Shown here piece by piece: positions 25,021 to 25,762 of a stretch of 25,762 nucleotides of DNA (position 1 is the first letter of the stretch; each line of letters begins with the position of its first letter). The stretch covers positions 1-25,762 of IMG/VR virus record IMGVR_UViG_3300047403_000169, one strand, 5' to 3'. The notes under the pieces are model-generated. The model had not been told where the DNA came from. It worked only from the letters and a program-made list of their open reading frames with translations, and did no database searches. Source of the DNA: a virus. Taxonomy: Duplodnaviria; Caudoviricetes. Position numbers and translations under genes: made by a program.

Positions 25021-25096
25021 GCCCTAGTGACGGAATGGCATACGTATCTGATTCAAAACCAGAGTTTTAGGAGTTCAAGTCTCCTCTGGGGCACCA
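25021..25096 (+). tRNA. tRNA-Leu (CAA)
   Basis: Loop TTCAAAA, short variable arm, CCA end. Confidence 0.85.
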
Positions 25097-25157
25097 ATGG
25101 TAAAGGACGTTATTATCGTAGAGTTCGATATGCTCAAGGAAAAAGCTTTTAGTTTAG

Positions 25158-25240
25158 GCCGGCATCGCATAGTGGCTATTGCAACGGTTTTGTAAACCGT
25201 CGGGAAACCTTCGGGGGTTCGAGTCCCTCTGCCGGCACCA
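25158..25240 (+). tRNA. tRNA-Thr (TGT)
   Basis: Loop TTTGTAA, extended variable arm, CCA end. Confidence 0.85.
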
Positions 25241-25373
25241 GTTTCTTATGCGAGCCTCCTTTTGTAAATGCAGCCGATCCAATGGTATGTATGGAGATAA
25301 TGACTTGGACATATTCCTAGGTAAATATGAAAGTCTAAATGTCTTGAAAAAGAATGCTCGCTCCAATTTCAAT

Positions 25374-25449
25374 GGCGCCGTGGTCCGAATGTCTAGGCAA
25401 CTGTCTGCAAAACAGTTTTATGTGGGTTAAAGTCCCATCGGTGCCTCCA
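25374..25449 (+). tRNA. tRNA-Cys (GCA)
   Basis: Loop CTGCAAA, U73, CCA end. Confidence 0.88.
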
Positions 25450-25454
25450 TTATT

Positions 25455-25530
25455 GTCTCTCTAGTGTTGTTGGTCAGCACGGCGCGCTGAAAACGCGCAG
25501 GATACGGTTCGATCCCGTGGGGAGGCACCA
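25455..25530 (+). tRNA. tRNA-Phe (GAA)
   Basis: Loop CTGAAAA, CCA end. Confidence 0.9.
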
Positions 25531-25536
25531 TTTTAT

Positions 25537-25613
25537 GGTGTTTGTAGTGTTAGCGGCTAGCACGACTGATTGTGATCCAGTTAGCGCGGGTTCGAATCCC
25601 GTCAATCACCCCA
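25537..25613 (+). tRNA. tRNA-His (GTG)
   Basis: G-1/C73, loop TTGTGAT, CCA end. Confidence 0.88.
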
Positions 25614-25663
25614 AAATGTATGCGATAAACGACATTTTGAAATGTATGCGATAAACGACATTT
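25614..25663 (+). repeat. 24-bp tandem direct repeat
   Basis: AAATGTATGCGATAAACGACATTT at 25614 and 25640. Confidence 0.85.
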
Positions 25664-25665
25664 AT

Positions 25666-25739
25666 GGGCCCTGAGTCCGAAAGTAAGACGGCGCTTTGAC
25701 ATGGCGTAGAAACAGGAGCGTTACCTGTAGGGCCCACCA
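25666..25739 (+). tRNA. tRNA-Val (GAC)
   Basis: Loop TTGACAT, atypical T loop, CCA end. Confidence 0.8.
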
Positions 25740-25762
25740 TTTTATGGAGAGACAGCCATTGG

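Noticed and set aside
25746-25762. Start of another tRNA (possibly Ser)
   Set aside because: Truncated at the window edge; anticodon not visible.

Overview
Segment of a large T4-like (Tevenvirinae-type) phage genome. The left part holds a probable multi-module internal head protein, a lysis cassette (GH19 endolysin, i- and o-spanin, holin), a minus-strand cassette of membrane/secreted proteins, primase, ThyX, and a class II ribonucleotide reductase. The reductase is fractured by the NrdJ-1-type split intein with a free-standing endonuclease between the halves. Next come a MotA/ExbB-ExbD-like trio, a Nudix hydrolase, a Zn-ribbon protein and a RuvC-like nuclease. The right part holds about 30 tRNA genes, an HNH gene and a ~590-nt highly paired non-coding RNA candidate. 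The standout feature is a three-locus system of 18 mini-genes, all MKLKSV-(x-x-Q-V)n-tail. They are built from about 257 copies of a 12-bp unit with a constant TCAAGTC and two variable codons, and in the two arrays are chained by ATGA overlaps. They lie beside a DUF6745-like gene, which lacks the QV repeat tract I recall in its homologues, and its usual partner gene. Shared palindrome-plus-sigma70 promoter cassettes bracket the loci. All family assignments are from motif recognition by eye; no database searches were run.
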